A stretch of DNA of 64,000 nt from positions 78,316 through 142,315 of the forward strand of contig CAYGJY010000001.1 of assembly GCA_964350645.1 (NCBI GenBank). Reading direction: 5' to 3'. The notes under the pieces were generated by a model. That model searched no databases, had not been told where the DNA came from, and saw only the letters and a list, made by a program, of their open reading frames with translations. The position numbers were made by a program, and so were the translations under genes. This document shows, in pieces, positions 1-10,600 of the stretch; positions within the stretch are counted from its first letter, which is position 1, and each line of letters opens with the position of its first letter. This DNA is from an uncultured Candidatus Saccharibacteria bacterium (GTDB lineage Bacteria; Patescibacteriota; Minisyncoccia; Phycocordibacterales; UBA918).

Positions 1-3000
1 TATGTCACCTCAGTCAGCGAGCGGGGTATCACGTGGTATTTCAAAGAACCCGCACTTGTCGGTCGCTACATCACAGGAGACTATTGGGTTATGGGGCCAG
101 TTGAAGTGACTCGCATTACACCGGATGCCGGTAATGATATGCATGGATGGATGGTGAATCCGCTTGATGATAAAAAGCAAGCCTTTCATAGCTCTACCCG
201 TAGTACTCAAAAAAATACTTATGATCGAACGCTCATGCCGAGTCTGCCGTACACGGCTAATCCAGGAGATTCATTGATTAAGGCTATTACTAATTCCAAT
301 GACCAACGATTCCGCACCGATTATGCATCGGTACTCACAGTAGTAGATATTGTGCCGCCAAGTGATGCGTTTCGTCCAGCGTACGCAGGTACAAAAAAAG
401 ATACGTACCGTGTGAGCGAATTACGTACCAATTTGTTGCCGAGCGCCGTCCCGTCCTCGATTAATGTACCTTCATGGTCTGAGGTGGAGGGGTACTTTAA
501 CAATGGTCCCTGGATTGATTTCATAACGAGTCACCCGGGTGAGATTGTACACCCGTCATTCCAGATGGGACGATATGGTGGTACTTTACAATTCCAAACT
601 AGCAATGCCATTTTGCGACTGATGATGAATGACCCACTTGCTCAAAAGCTCCCAACCCTACAGTGGGTGGTGCAGTATGCGATTGATCTTGAAGCAATGA
701 TGCTTGAGACTGGTACGGATTTTCCGCCAAACGGCGGCCACGCTGGCGGGAGAAAACTTCCACTTACTCTCGCTGCAGTACTCTTGGACGACCCTGAGAT
801 GACTGCGTTAGTGAAAGACGCTCCAAAAGATCAATTCAATGAAAATGGTAAACATCTTTTTAGTCAAAAAGCCAATAATGGGCAAGGGATAGTGTTGATG
901 GGTGATGCAACTGATAAGGGCAACGAATCACAGTATTGGACTCTAGTTGAGACTGGAAATGGTTTTCGTACCGCAGCTGATCCATATGGATATATTGATG
1001 GGAGTGTACAACCAATTGAAAGTTATCTCTTGGTGTTGAATGTGGCGCCATGGAAAGCGTCAGTGATTGCGTTGCAGCTAATGCCATCACTGAAGCCGGT
1101 CTGGAACGATGAAGATTTTGTGACTGTCACGAAGCGCTATGTGAGCGGTGGACAGTGGACCCAGCCGGACCCGTGTGCGCCAGTCGAGCGAGATGCTCAA
1201 GGAAAGGCAGTGGCTGCAAACAGAGGTGTGACCTATGGGCCAGATGGTCAGGGAGGTTGTATTCTTGATACTGATCCGAGCGACGGAATTGGACGCTTCC
1301 CAAATTTGCACCTAAGTGATCCAGACGCAGCTAGTAAGCGAAAAACCCCGTACGATATACCATTTGCTGATGCTCTCTGGCCAATGTACATAAATGTGAA
1401 TCCAAATGATGTACCAAACACTGAGGCGTTACCAGCCCCAACCGAACCAGCTGCTCCGAGTGCACCGGCCACTAATGGTGCGCTTGGTATCGACCCTATC
1501 CTCCGCGATAAACATATCTTTGATCGTGGCCTCGCTCGGGGTGAGAATAGCGCTACCATTCCACTCTCAGGTACTGCTCCAGCCGGTGCGGTGATTGAAG
1601 CCCGGACTGTCGAAGTCTCTGGTAGTCGCGCCAGCACACCATGGCGTGTGATCGCTACCGCTGGTAATGACGGCCGCTTTGCGGGTACGTACACCCGTGG
1701 TCGTTCGACCGAATACCTCCGCGCCGAAGCGCGCGTACAAGGCACAACCGCTACGGTAGCAACTACCAATACCTTTGGTGTCGGGACGACGATTGCGTTG
1801 CATGGGCAGAGTAATGAAGTGCACTGGATTAAATTTACCGGATTACCAACCGAAGTTGTTATAGATGATGACGCGGTACAGTTTGTGGATATTGCCAGGC
1901 AGTCGGGTGGTCCTGCTGGAGCTGATGCGGTTAAGGTGCGAATGGTGACTAATACAGAACCGCTCGCAACACCAGGAATTAAAGCCTTCGCGAATGCTCT
2001 TATTAGTGGAGTGCCAGGCGAGAAATTTATAGTGAAGTTTGCAACGGTATCTGGTTCAGGTATTCAAGATGAGGTGCAGGATAGAACTGATAGTACTGAA
2101 AGCCCTGTTAGATTTTGGGCTGATGAAGTAGATTTGCATCGTGCGTTTGATCCATATTTTACAGCGGGTCAAACATCGAAGACAGGTTTATTGCTGTGGG
2201 CATATACCAGTGCAAGCAACAACAGTGATATGGAGGCAGATTATGTACCAATGATGCTCGGAATTAAACGCAACGGTACCCCAACTGGCAGTGAGTACGA
2301 TCATACACTAGCCGAGATGTATGACTGGAGTCATACCAAGCTTGGTTTTATTCCGTATGTAGACTCAATCGCGCAAACAACCTCAATACAGAATTTGCCT
2401 GAGAATACAAACTACGCACCGTTTTTGGCAACGCCACACATTGGTTTAAGTCGGTATGGTATTCAACATGGTGAACTCAGAAATGGTGTCTATACCGACT
2501 TAACCCACCCTGGTATTGAACACATGGATGGCACTACACGAGCTGGTCGTACTACCGCTTTTTCCGCGCTGATGATGTTGGGGGCGGTAGATGTGAGTGA
2601 GAATACCTGGGATAAGGTTGTAATTGAGTGGGGTCCAACTGTGAACGGGGTAAAGCGAAGTGATGTAATTCGTATCTCAAAGCCAGAGCACAACTTTACG
2701 ACGTTGCGGCGAGCTAGAGGAGAAACTCGTCTTACTCCTGATGGTACCTGGCGCGATGGCGACGTGTATGGATTTTGGCAAGGAACTGTGCCATTACAAA
2801 AAGCCCAGATTCGTGACCGCGCTGGAAATATTGCTGATAAAGGAGATGTTTGGTTGTTTAAAAATGACGGCTCAGCTTGGACAGCCAATGACCGCGCTAG
2901 TTATGCTCCGCTGACGAGTCGATCGATACGAATTGTTAATCCGGATGACTTCATTGACGTATTTACGTCATCGAATCTTCAGGTCGCTAATTCGTTTCCA

Positions 3001-4674
3001 AAACTGTTGACGGTACCGATGATGGGGATTGCTCAAAGTAATTTGTTGGAAAACAAAGTTGGTCAAAGTAGTAGTGGGCCGGCGCCTTTGCCAACAAATC
3101 CAACTCAACCAACACCAACCCCAACCGAACCCGCTCCTGTAGTCGAACCAGTCACCCCAACCCCAACCCAACCAACACCTGTTACCGCCACCGTCGCCGC
3201 CGGCGATCGCATCCGGGTAACCGAACGTGTCAACGTCCGCGATCCGTACGGCACCAACAGTCCAAGTATTGGTCTTCAAGAAGTGGGTGCCCTGGGTACT
3301 GTCCTCACCATTGCCCCGCAATCAGCTAATGGCTTTACTTGGGTACCGGTTAACTTCGATAGTGGCGCTGATGGCTGGGTAGCTGAGAGCTTTGTGGGTA
3401 AGGTGACGATTGCACCAACACCAGCACCAACCCCAACACCGACCCCAACCACTCCAGTCACTAACCAAGAAGCTGAAAACAACAACCCGAGCGAACCTGC
3501 CCCAACCCTCTCCGACCGTCGCAAAACCGTCACCAACGCCGAGCTACGCGACAAAGTCCGCGAACACCGTCTCGAGCTTGCTCGCCAGGCCACCAAGATC
3601 ACCAAGTTCTTGAATCGTCGTGAGAGTGAATTGAAGCGTGACACTCGCTTCACCTATCCACTTGGACTCTACGACTTCGCTGCCGAAGTAGAACCAGGTA
3701 GTACTGAGACGGTCACTATCACCTTGGATGCACTCTTTGACACTAGCGACTGGGAGTACCGCAAATATAATGGCACTACCGACCGATACACCGACATCTC
3801 AGACCAAGTCACCTACGGCACCACGAACCTCAATGGCACCGACGTGACTACCATCACCTACGAGATTGAAGACAACGGCCCCCTTGATACCGATGATCGC
3901 CTCGGCTTCATTGCTGACCCGGCTGGTCCAGCCTTACCAGAAGGTGAGGAGGTGGTGATTGAAGAAGAAATTACTACTAATAACAGTGGCGGCTCTTCTG
4001 GCGGCGGTGGCGGTTCACGGAGTTCTTCAAGCGGCGGTAGTTCATCAGCAAATTCAAACACTACCAGCGTGAATTCATCTACTGGAGATATCTCTCTCGT
4101 CTCTGCCAACATCTCATTCAATCAGCCAAGTATTAACACCCCAACTGCCGTTAACAATGTGTTGCGTTTCCTCAATACGTTTGAAGGCGAGAACCTTCCA
4201 CTTGATGGTAGCTACGACGTCACCGACAATGCAGCCGTGCAACGCTTCCAACTGAAGTACAAAAAAGAAATCCTCGACATCTGGAATCTGACCGAAGCCA
4301 CCGGCTACGTTGGTATTACGACACGTCTTAAAATGAACTTCCTCATCAAGGGAGCGACCGCCGAGTGTCCGGCTTTCGTGGAATACAACGGTGGACTCTC
4401 AGGCATCATGTTCTCACCTGAGATTGGCAAGACGCAAACGATCCTCAAAGATCTGGGTATGTATCGTGGAGGAATCAATAACACTTGGGATGCTAGCACT
4501 AATCAAGCGCTGATTACCTTCCAAGAAACCTTCCGCGAAGTGATGCTCGACCCGTGGAATATCACAGAAGGTACCGGCTACAAGTACAAGACGACCAACT
4601 TATTCCTCAACTACTTTGCTGGGTGTGATACAGGAGCAGTGGAGTTAGAGGGCGTGGGGCGGTTTGAGATTTAG
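1..4674 (+). CDS. Giant modular cell-surface protein, 5'-truncated by the window (unknown N-terminal domain, SGNH/acetylesterase-like domain, SH3-like domain, choice-of-anchor-U-like domain, two peptidoglycan-binding-like repeats)
   Basis: Frame is open from base 1 (YVTSVSERGITWYF...) so the start lies upstream. GQSN and DLTHP fit SGNH catalytic motifs. Also P/T-rich linkers, SH3-like 'VNVRDP...FTWVPVNFDSGADGWVAE', 'YEIEDNGPLDTD...IADPAGPA' and 'AVQRFQLKY...TGYVGITTR'. Confidence 0.8.
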   Translation, partial: YVTSVSERGITWYFKEPALVGRYITGDYWVMGPVEVTRITPDAGNDMHGWMVNPLDDKKQAFHSSTRSTQKNTYDRTLMPSLPYTANPGDSLIKAITNSNDQRFRTDYASVLTVVDIVPPSDAFRPAYAGTKKDTYRVSELRTNLLPSAVPSSINVPSWSEVEGYFNNGPWIDFITSHPGEIVHPSFQMGRYGGTLQFQTSNAILRLMMNDPLAQKLPTLQWVVQYAIDLEAMMLETGTDFPPNGGHAGGRKLPLTLAAVLLDDPEMTALVKDAPKDQFNENGKHLFSQKANNGQGIVLMGDATDKGNESQYWTLVETGNGFRTAADPYGYIDGSVQPIESYLLVLNVAPWKASVIALQLMPSLKPVWNDEDFVTVTKRYVSGGQWTQPDPCAPVERDAQGKAVAANRGVTYGPDGQGGCILDTDPSDGIGRFPNLHLSDPDAASKRKTPYDIPFADALWPMYINVNPNDVPNTEALPAPTEPAAPSAPATNGALGIDPILRDKHIFDRGLARGENSATIPLSGTAPAGAVIEARTVEVSGSRASTPWRVIATAGNDGRFAGTYTRGRSTEYLRAEARVQGTTATVATTNTFGVGTTIALHGQSNEVHWIKFTGLPTEVVIDDDAVQFVDIARQSGGPAGADAVKVRMVTNTEPLATPGIKAFANALISGVPGEKFIVKFATVSGSGIQDEVQDRTDSTESPVRFWADEVDLHRAFDPYFTAGQTSKTGLLLWAYTSASNNSDMEADYVPMMLGIKRNGTPTGSEYDHTLAEMYDWSHTKLGFIPYVDSIAQTTSIQNLPENTNYAPFLATPHIGLSRYGIQHGELRNGVYTDLTHPGIEHMDGTTRAGRTTAFSALMMLGAVDVSENTWDKVVIEWGPTVNGVKRSDVIRISKPEHNFTTLRRARGETRLTPDGTWRDGDVYGFWQGTVPLQKAQIRDRAGNIADKGDVWLFKNDGSAWTANDRASYAPLTSRSIRIVNPDDFIDVFTSSNLQVANSFPKLLTVPMMGIAQSNLLENKVGQSSSGPAPLPTNPTQPTPTPTEPAPVVEPVTPTPTQPTPVTATVAAGDRIRVTERVNVRDPYGTNSPSIGLQEVGALGTVLTIAPQSANGFTWVPVNFDSGADGWVAESFVGKVTIAPTPAPTPTPTPTTPVTNQEAENNNPSEPAPTLSDRRKTVTNAELRDKVREHRLELARQATKITKFLNRRESELKRDTRFTYPLGLYDFAAEVEPGSTETVTITLDALFDTSDWEYRKYNGTTDRYTDISDQVTYGTTNLNGTDVTTITYEIEDNGPLDTDDRLGFIADPAGPALPEGEEVVIEEEITTNNSGGSSGGGGGSRSSSSGGSSSANSNTTSVNSSTGDISLVSANISFNQPSINTPTAVNNVLRFLNTFEGENLPLDGSYDVTDNAAVQRFQLKYKKEILDIWNLTEATGYVGITTRLKMNFLIKGATAECPAFVEYNGGLSGIMFSPEIGKTQTILKDLGMYRGGINNTWDASTNQALITFQETFREVMLDPWNITEGTGYKYKTTNLFLNYFAGCDTGAVELEGVGRFEI
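4095..4673 (+). repeat. 579-bp direct repeat, copy 1 (3' end of first giant gene)
   Basis: Identical on line-by-line comparison to 10563-11141 (offset 6468). Confidence 0.95.
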
Positions 4675-4695
4675 AAAAATAATAATGCATTACTT

Positions 4696-7600
4696 ATGAG
4701 TATCACAAGACATATCTACAAGAAAACAGCGATCACCATTCTCGTGATGAGTTTTGTGTGTTCGGCATTCATTTCTCAACCAGCACAGGCTACCAACCTC
4801 ACCGACCTCCGCGTAGCCCTCGACCAGCTCGAACAAACCTTGCTACAACTCCAGCAGCAATTGCAATTAGCCTCTGTGCCACGAGCTGGGCAGGTGTTGG
4901 GTTCACGTGTCTCTGACACACTTCTCCTTGATGTAGCCTTTTCGCCGAGCGGGATTACTGATCGTTCGAGCTATGGAGCACCAGTGAATCTTAACAGTGG
5001 ATCAGCTCTCGATGTACAAGAAGGCCTGGATGGATACGTCTACAATCTGACAGGCGTCAGTGATTTTCAAATCCCGCGTACAGCAGAGATGCAGCTGTAT
5101 GATCATGAAGAGGTGAGTTATGTTTTTACGGTAAAAAATGATGAACCAACAAAATTTAGAACCGGCGAATTATTCGGTATCCTTCGTTCACAACAGGTCT
5201 TTGTAAAAGATGAAATCACCTACTCACACCAAAGTAGTGACGGTAGTACCTACACCATTCGTTCGTCTGGTGCATCGATTGGAGATCGAGCGTGGCACCA
5301 CGTGGTGATCACAATGAATTCTCTGGAAGAACGAGCGGCTATTTATGTGGATGGAGAAAAAGTGGGTGAAGGGATCGCCAAAGGCAAAACGAAAGGAATG
5401 CAAAGCTGGGGGTTACATTTGGGTAACCCATTTGGTGAAAACTTCAATGGTTTGATCGGTGAATTCCAAATGCACTCCATCGCTCTCTCTGAAAGTGAAA
5501 TTCAAAATCGTGCCGCTGCGTTTGCTGCTAAGGTGGGCAACAGTCCTCAACCAACACCAGACCCAACACCAGACCCAACTCCCGAGCCAGAACCAGTGGC
5601 TGATCCTGTCCCTACGACACCAACCCCTGAACCAGAAACCACTCCGGTTACTACTGAAGCACCAGCGGCTCCCAGCGCCCCAGCTACCAACGGTACACTT
5701 GGCATTGATCCAATTTTGCGTGACAAGCATATCTTCGACCGCGGTCTGGCTCGCGGGCAAAATAGCGCTGACATCCCACTCTCTGGCACGGCACCAGCTG
5801 GATCAGTAGTTGAAGTGCGAACGGTCGAAGTCTCTGGTAGTCGCGCTACCTCACCATGGCGTGTCATTGCGACCGCCGACACCAGTGGCCGTTGGCAAGG
5901 TGCCTATACGCGTGGTCGCTCGAGTGAATACCTCCGCGCTGAAGCCCGGGTGCGCGGCACATCCGGCACAGTTGCGACCGTCAACACCTTTGGGGTGGGG
6001 ACGACCATTGCTTTGCATGGGCAGAGTAGTGACTACCACTGGATTGCGTTTGCTGGTACACCGATGGAAAACGTGATCGATGATAGTGCGATGCAGATAG
6101 TCGAGATTAATCGCGCCTCGGATCCGGCAGATAGCACCACAAGTGTCACAGCAGTTACAAATGCTTGGAAAAATGCGCAGCGTGATTTTGGAAACGATGT
6201 CATTAATCGATCCGGTGTTGTTGCGTTTGCGAATATGCTCATGCAGGGTATTCCAGGTGAAAAATTCTTGGTTAAGTTTGCTGCTGTCTCGGGGACAGGG
6301 ATTCACAGTGAGTTTGAAAACAGTTCTGACTCGCGTCGTAGGTGGCCAGACGAGATGCGTCTCCATAAAGCCTTCGATCCCTATTTTGTTGAGGGTCAGA
6401 AAATGTCCGACACAGGTTTAGTGGCGTGGGTATATTCCTCATCCAACAATCATATTCGATTTGAAACCTCGTATGGACCAATGATTTTTGGTAAATTTCC
6501 TGATGGTCGACCAGTGGTAACCGGCTCGAGTGAATATCCATACGCCCATACGTGGGCAGAATTTTATGACTGGGAACAGAGTCGATTAGGAGTTGGATTT
6601 AATGCTCGCGCTCAAGGAATGAATGCTGCTCGAATGACAGAAAATCCTAATTATAGTCGTCACTTAGCGCCGAATGTTCTAGGACTAAATCGGTTTACAC
6701 AACAAGCCGGGGAATTACGAAGAGGAGTATATATTGATCGTGGTCATCCAGGACAAGAGCATCCAGATGGTACCGTACGAGCAGCTCGTATGGCAGCCTA
6801 TGGTTTGTTGATGCATATGAAGCAAGTGCCAGCCCACGACCTACGACCGTTTGTAGGTGCTGCTATTGAATGGGCTCCAACCTTAAATGGAGTGGCTCGT
6901 CCCGATGCTGTATTGATCACTAATCAAAATCGAGATTACACGACCCTGCGGCGTGCCCGAGGTGAAGCGCGCTTTACACCCGATGGCACCTGGCGAGATG
7001 GTGACGTGACGCACTTCATGATCAATGGGGAGATGGCTCGTAATGTGCGTATTGTTGATGATCAAGGTAACTTGGCGGATAAAGGTAATATCATAATCTT
7101 AAAAAACGATCGATCACATTGGACTACTAGTGATACGCTCACGTTTGGTCTTGAGGTGGCTAGATATGATTGGGAAAACCCCAAAGATCTTGCTGATGAT
7201 GTTCATAAAGATTTGTTGGCAATACCAACAGATTTTCCTCTCATGTGGGTACTTCCAGTGACTGCTCATGATCCAGCGAGTAGCTTTTTCACTAATAAAA
7301 TTGGTCAAGCAAATTCTGTCACTGAATCAGAAGCGGCTGTAGTGACCCCAGGAGTAAACACCAACATAAGTTCACCGACAGTAGACGCTCCTGCTCCCGC
7401 AACTGCAATCGCTACTGCTGGCGATCGGGTGCGAGTCGAACAGAACGTCAACGTGCGTGATCCATTTGGACTGGCTGGTACTCTTATGGGTGTGCAACCA
7501 ATCGGTGCAATGGGGACCGTACTCAACATTGCTCCGCAAACAGCTGATGGGTACACGTGGATCCCGGTTAATTTTGATAGCGGTGTTGATGGCTGGGTAG

Positions 7601-10600
7601 CTGATGCGTTTGTTGAAGTAACCGATGATACTCCTGTCGCGTCACCTGCACCTGCGCCTGCACCAACGGAAACGAACACGCCAACAGATGTACAAACTAG
7701 TTCTACGCCAGTACCGAGTGATGCGATTGTTGTCACAGATAGTGCCTCGCTCAACGCTGCGTTGCGAGCAGCACAAGGCGGAGAGGTGATTGCATTGCAG
7801 CCAAACGCGTCCGGGTATACCTATCGCTCACCATTTCGGCGCGATCTGCAAACCTATGCTGCACCGGTCACTGTCACCAGCGCAGATAAAAATAACCCGG
7901 CGCGTATCAAGCAATTTACCCTCGCACAAGACGGCAACATCGTGCTTGATGGTCTGCATTTTGAAGTGGCGCCTGGTGAGCTTGGTAATCGCGCCGTGTT
8001 ATTACAACTAAGTAGTGTGAAAGATATCGTCGTAAAGAATTCTACCTTTGACGCCGGTGCACCAGGCTTCGCAGAAACTCGGGCTGAGCTTGATGCTACC
8101 GCGGGAGGTATTCAGATCCGGGTAGGTGAGAATGTAACCATTGAAAATAATACTGTTACCCGCGCGTCCTTTGGGATATCGATTTTTGGTTCTGGCGATC
8201 AGCCGTATAACAAAAATATTATTGTGAAGAACAATGATATCAATCGCTTCTTAGGCGATGGTATACGAATCGTTAATTTCGATGGGGTATTGGTAGAGGG
8301 CAATACGATCCACACAGTATTTGGTACACCACAATCAGTAAACCACACCGACGTCATTCAGGTGTTTAGTGCCAGCCTCACGAAGCCGTCGAAGAATCTC
8401 ACCATCAGCAATAACTTCCTTAACCCGGGTGCAGGAGAAGGTTCGCAGCTTATCTTCATGCGAAACGAAGCTGTCGATACTGGTGGAGGCGGAGAGCCAA
8501 TGTATTACCAAAACTTCCGCTTTGAAGACAACGTAATTTATGGTCAGCATATTCACGGTATTACCCTGGGAGAATCTAATGGGGTAGTGATAAAAAACAA
8601 TACCTTGCTGTATAACCAAGCGCCCGGCACCTTCGGGGCACCACGTATTTTTGTAAGTACTAAATCAAAGAATGTGGTAGTAGATAAAAATATCGCCCAC
8701 AGTGTGCAGGCTGAGTGGGGTGGCGACAATCTAACTGTCCAACGGGGTTCATTAAATCAAGCAAACTACTATGGTGATCTCTTCGTGAATGCGCTTGGTG
8801 GCACCGAGCTTACCCTGCCTGATTTACGGGCTCTACCGGGTAGTATTATCATGGAGCGAGGCTATGGTGCTGCCGAAACCCGGAAGACTGGTTTTGATTC
8901 GCTCACCGCATTATTTAAAGCTAGTCCGGCTACGAACGATCGTTACGCCATTCAGTTTGATGGTGGTTTGTCGGCTGATGCCAGTGGTGCACTTGGCACC
9001 ACCGCTACCTATCGTTGGGACTTTGGTGACGGCAGAACGGAGACAGGACGAACGGTGACGCATCGGTACGAAACACACGGTACGTATAACGTAACGCTTC
9101 GAGTGACAAAAAATGGACGCACCGACAGTGTGACACAAAACGTGAAAATTGTTGATCCACTACTCGTGAAGCTTGATTTCTCAGACGAGCTGCAAGACGA
9201 ATCGAGTTATGACAGTAGCATTATCGGTGATACGGGAAACTTATTGTCTGGCTTAGATGACCAAGTCTTCAGAACTAAAACCGGTGAACTACTGGAAATC
9301 TCGCGTGGCAACGGACATATCTTTAATCACCAAGAACTATCCTTTGAGTATTGGGTTAAGCCAGAAATACTCAGCAATTGGTTTATGCGCTTACATACCG
9401 CGTTAACCGGTTCATATGGTTCAAATGGATCAATCAATATGGTGCTTACCGATAGGGCTGGTGCCAACCACTCAATTTCTAGCCCTGCTGGAGTGATTGA
9501 AGCGGGTGAGTGGCAACACATTGTGTTTACGTACTCGACCATCACTAACACGATCAGGCTGTATGTAAACGGTACCAAGGTAGCTGAAAGGCCGGCCGGT
9601 GGTCTCACCAAAGGGCCGCAGTCGTGGGGTCTCGTGCTCGGTAGTAGTTTTGGTAGCTCACAAACAGCGGATATTGGATACTTTGAGCTCCGAAGTGATG
9701 AACTGTCAGCGACTGACGTAGCGCGACGCTACAACGCCTTTGCGACGTTGACTGAAAACGATGCGGTAGCAGTGCCAGTGGAACGACCAGTGGATGTGAC
9801 GCCGGAGTTTACGGAAACACCACCCGTCATTATTAATCCAACCACTCCAGCCCGTCCAACTCCAACGGTCCCAACGGTCCCAAGAAACCCAACTTCACCG
9901 GTGTCTAACGACGCGGCGGAGGATACGGAGGTCGTGGTCTCAGCTCCGCTTACCGACCGCCTCAAAACCGTCATCAACGCCGAGTTGCGTGATAAGGTCC
10001 GCGAGAATCGCTTAGAGTTCGCTCGAGTACAAACTAAGATCACCAAGTTCTTAAATCGCCGCGAGAGTGAACTCAAGCGTGATACACGCTTTAGCTACCC
10101 ACTCGGACTCTACGACTTCGCCGCTGAAGTCGAGCCAGGCAGTACCGAAACTGTCACCATCACTCTGGACGCGCTCTTTGAAACTAGTGACTGGACGTAC
10201 CGCAAATACAACCCCATCACTGACCGCTACACTGACATCTCGGATGAAGTGACCTACGGCACCGTCACCAGCAATGGGGAGACAGTCACCGCTATTACCT
10301 ACGAGATTGAAGATAATGGTCCACTCGATACCGACGACCGCTTAGGCTTCATTGCTGACCCAGCTGGTCCAGCACTACCTAATGGCGAAGAAGTGGTGAT
10401 CGAAGAAACAGAAGAAGTGGATGAAACTGAAGACACGATAGTGACGAGTACCAATGGTGGTCGTTCGTCATCACGTGATGATGAGGATAAAGAGGACGAA
10501 CAAGGTGCAGTCGCGACAACTGAAAGTACACCCCGTACTAATCCAGCAAGTACTACCATTCTTCTCGTCTCTGCCAACATCTCATTCAATCAGCCAAGTA

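Noticed and set aside
3085-3460. Pro/Thr tandem repeats (also 5550-5640) and Gly-rich repeats at 40060-40210 as contingency loci
   Set aside because: In-frame, degenerate linker-coding repeats with no frameshifting tract.
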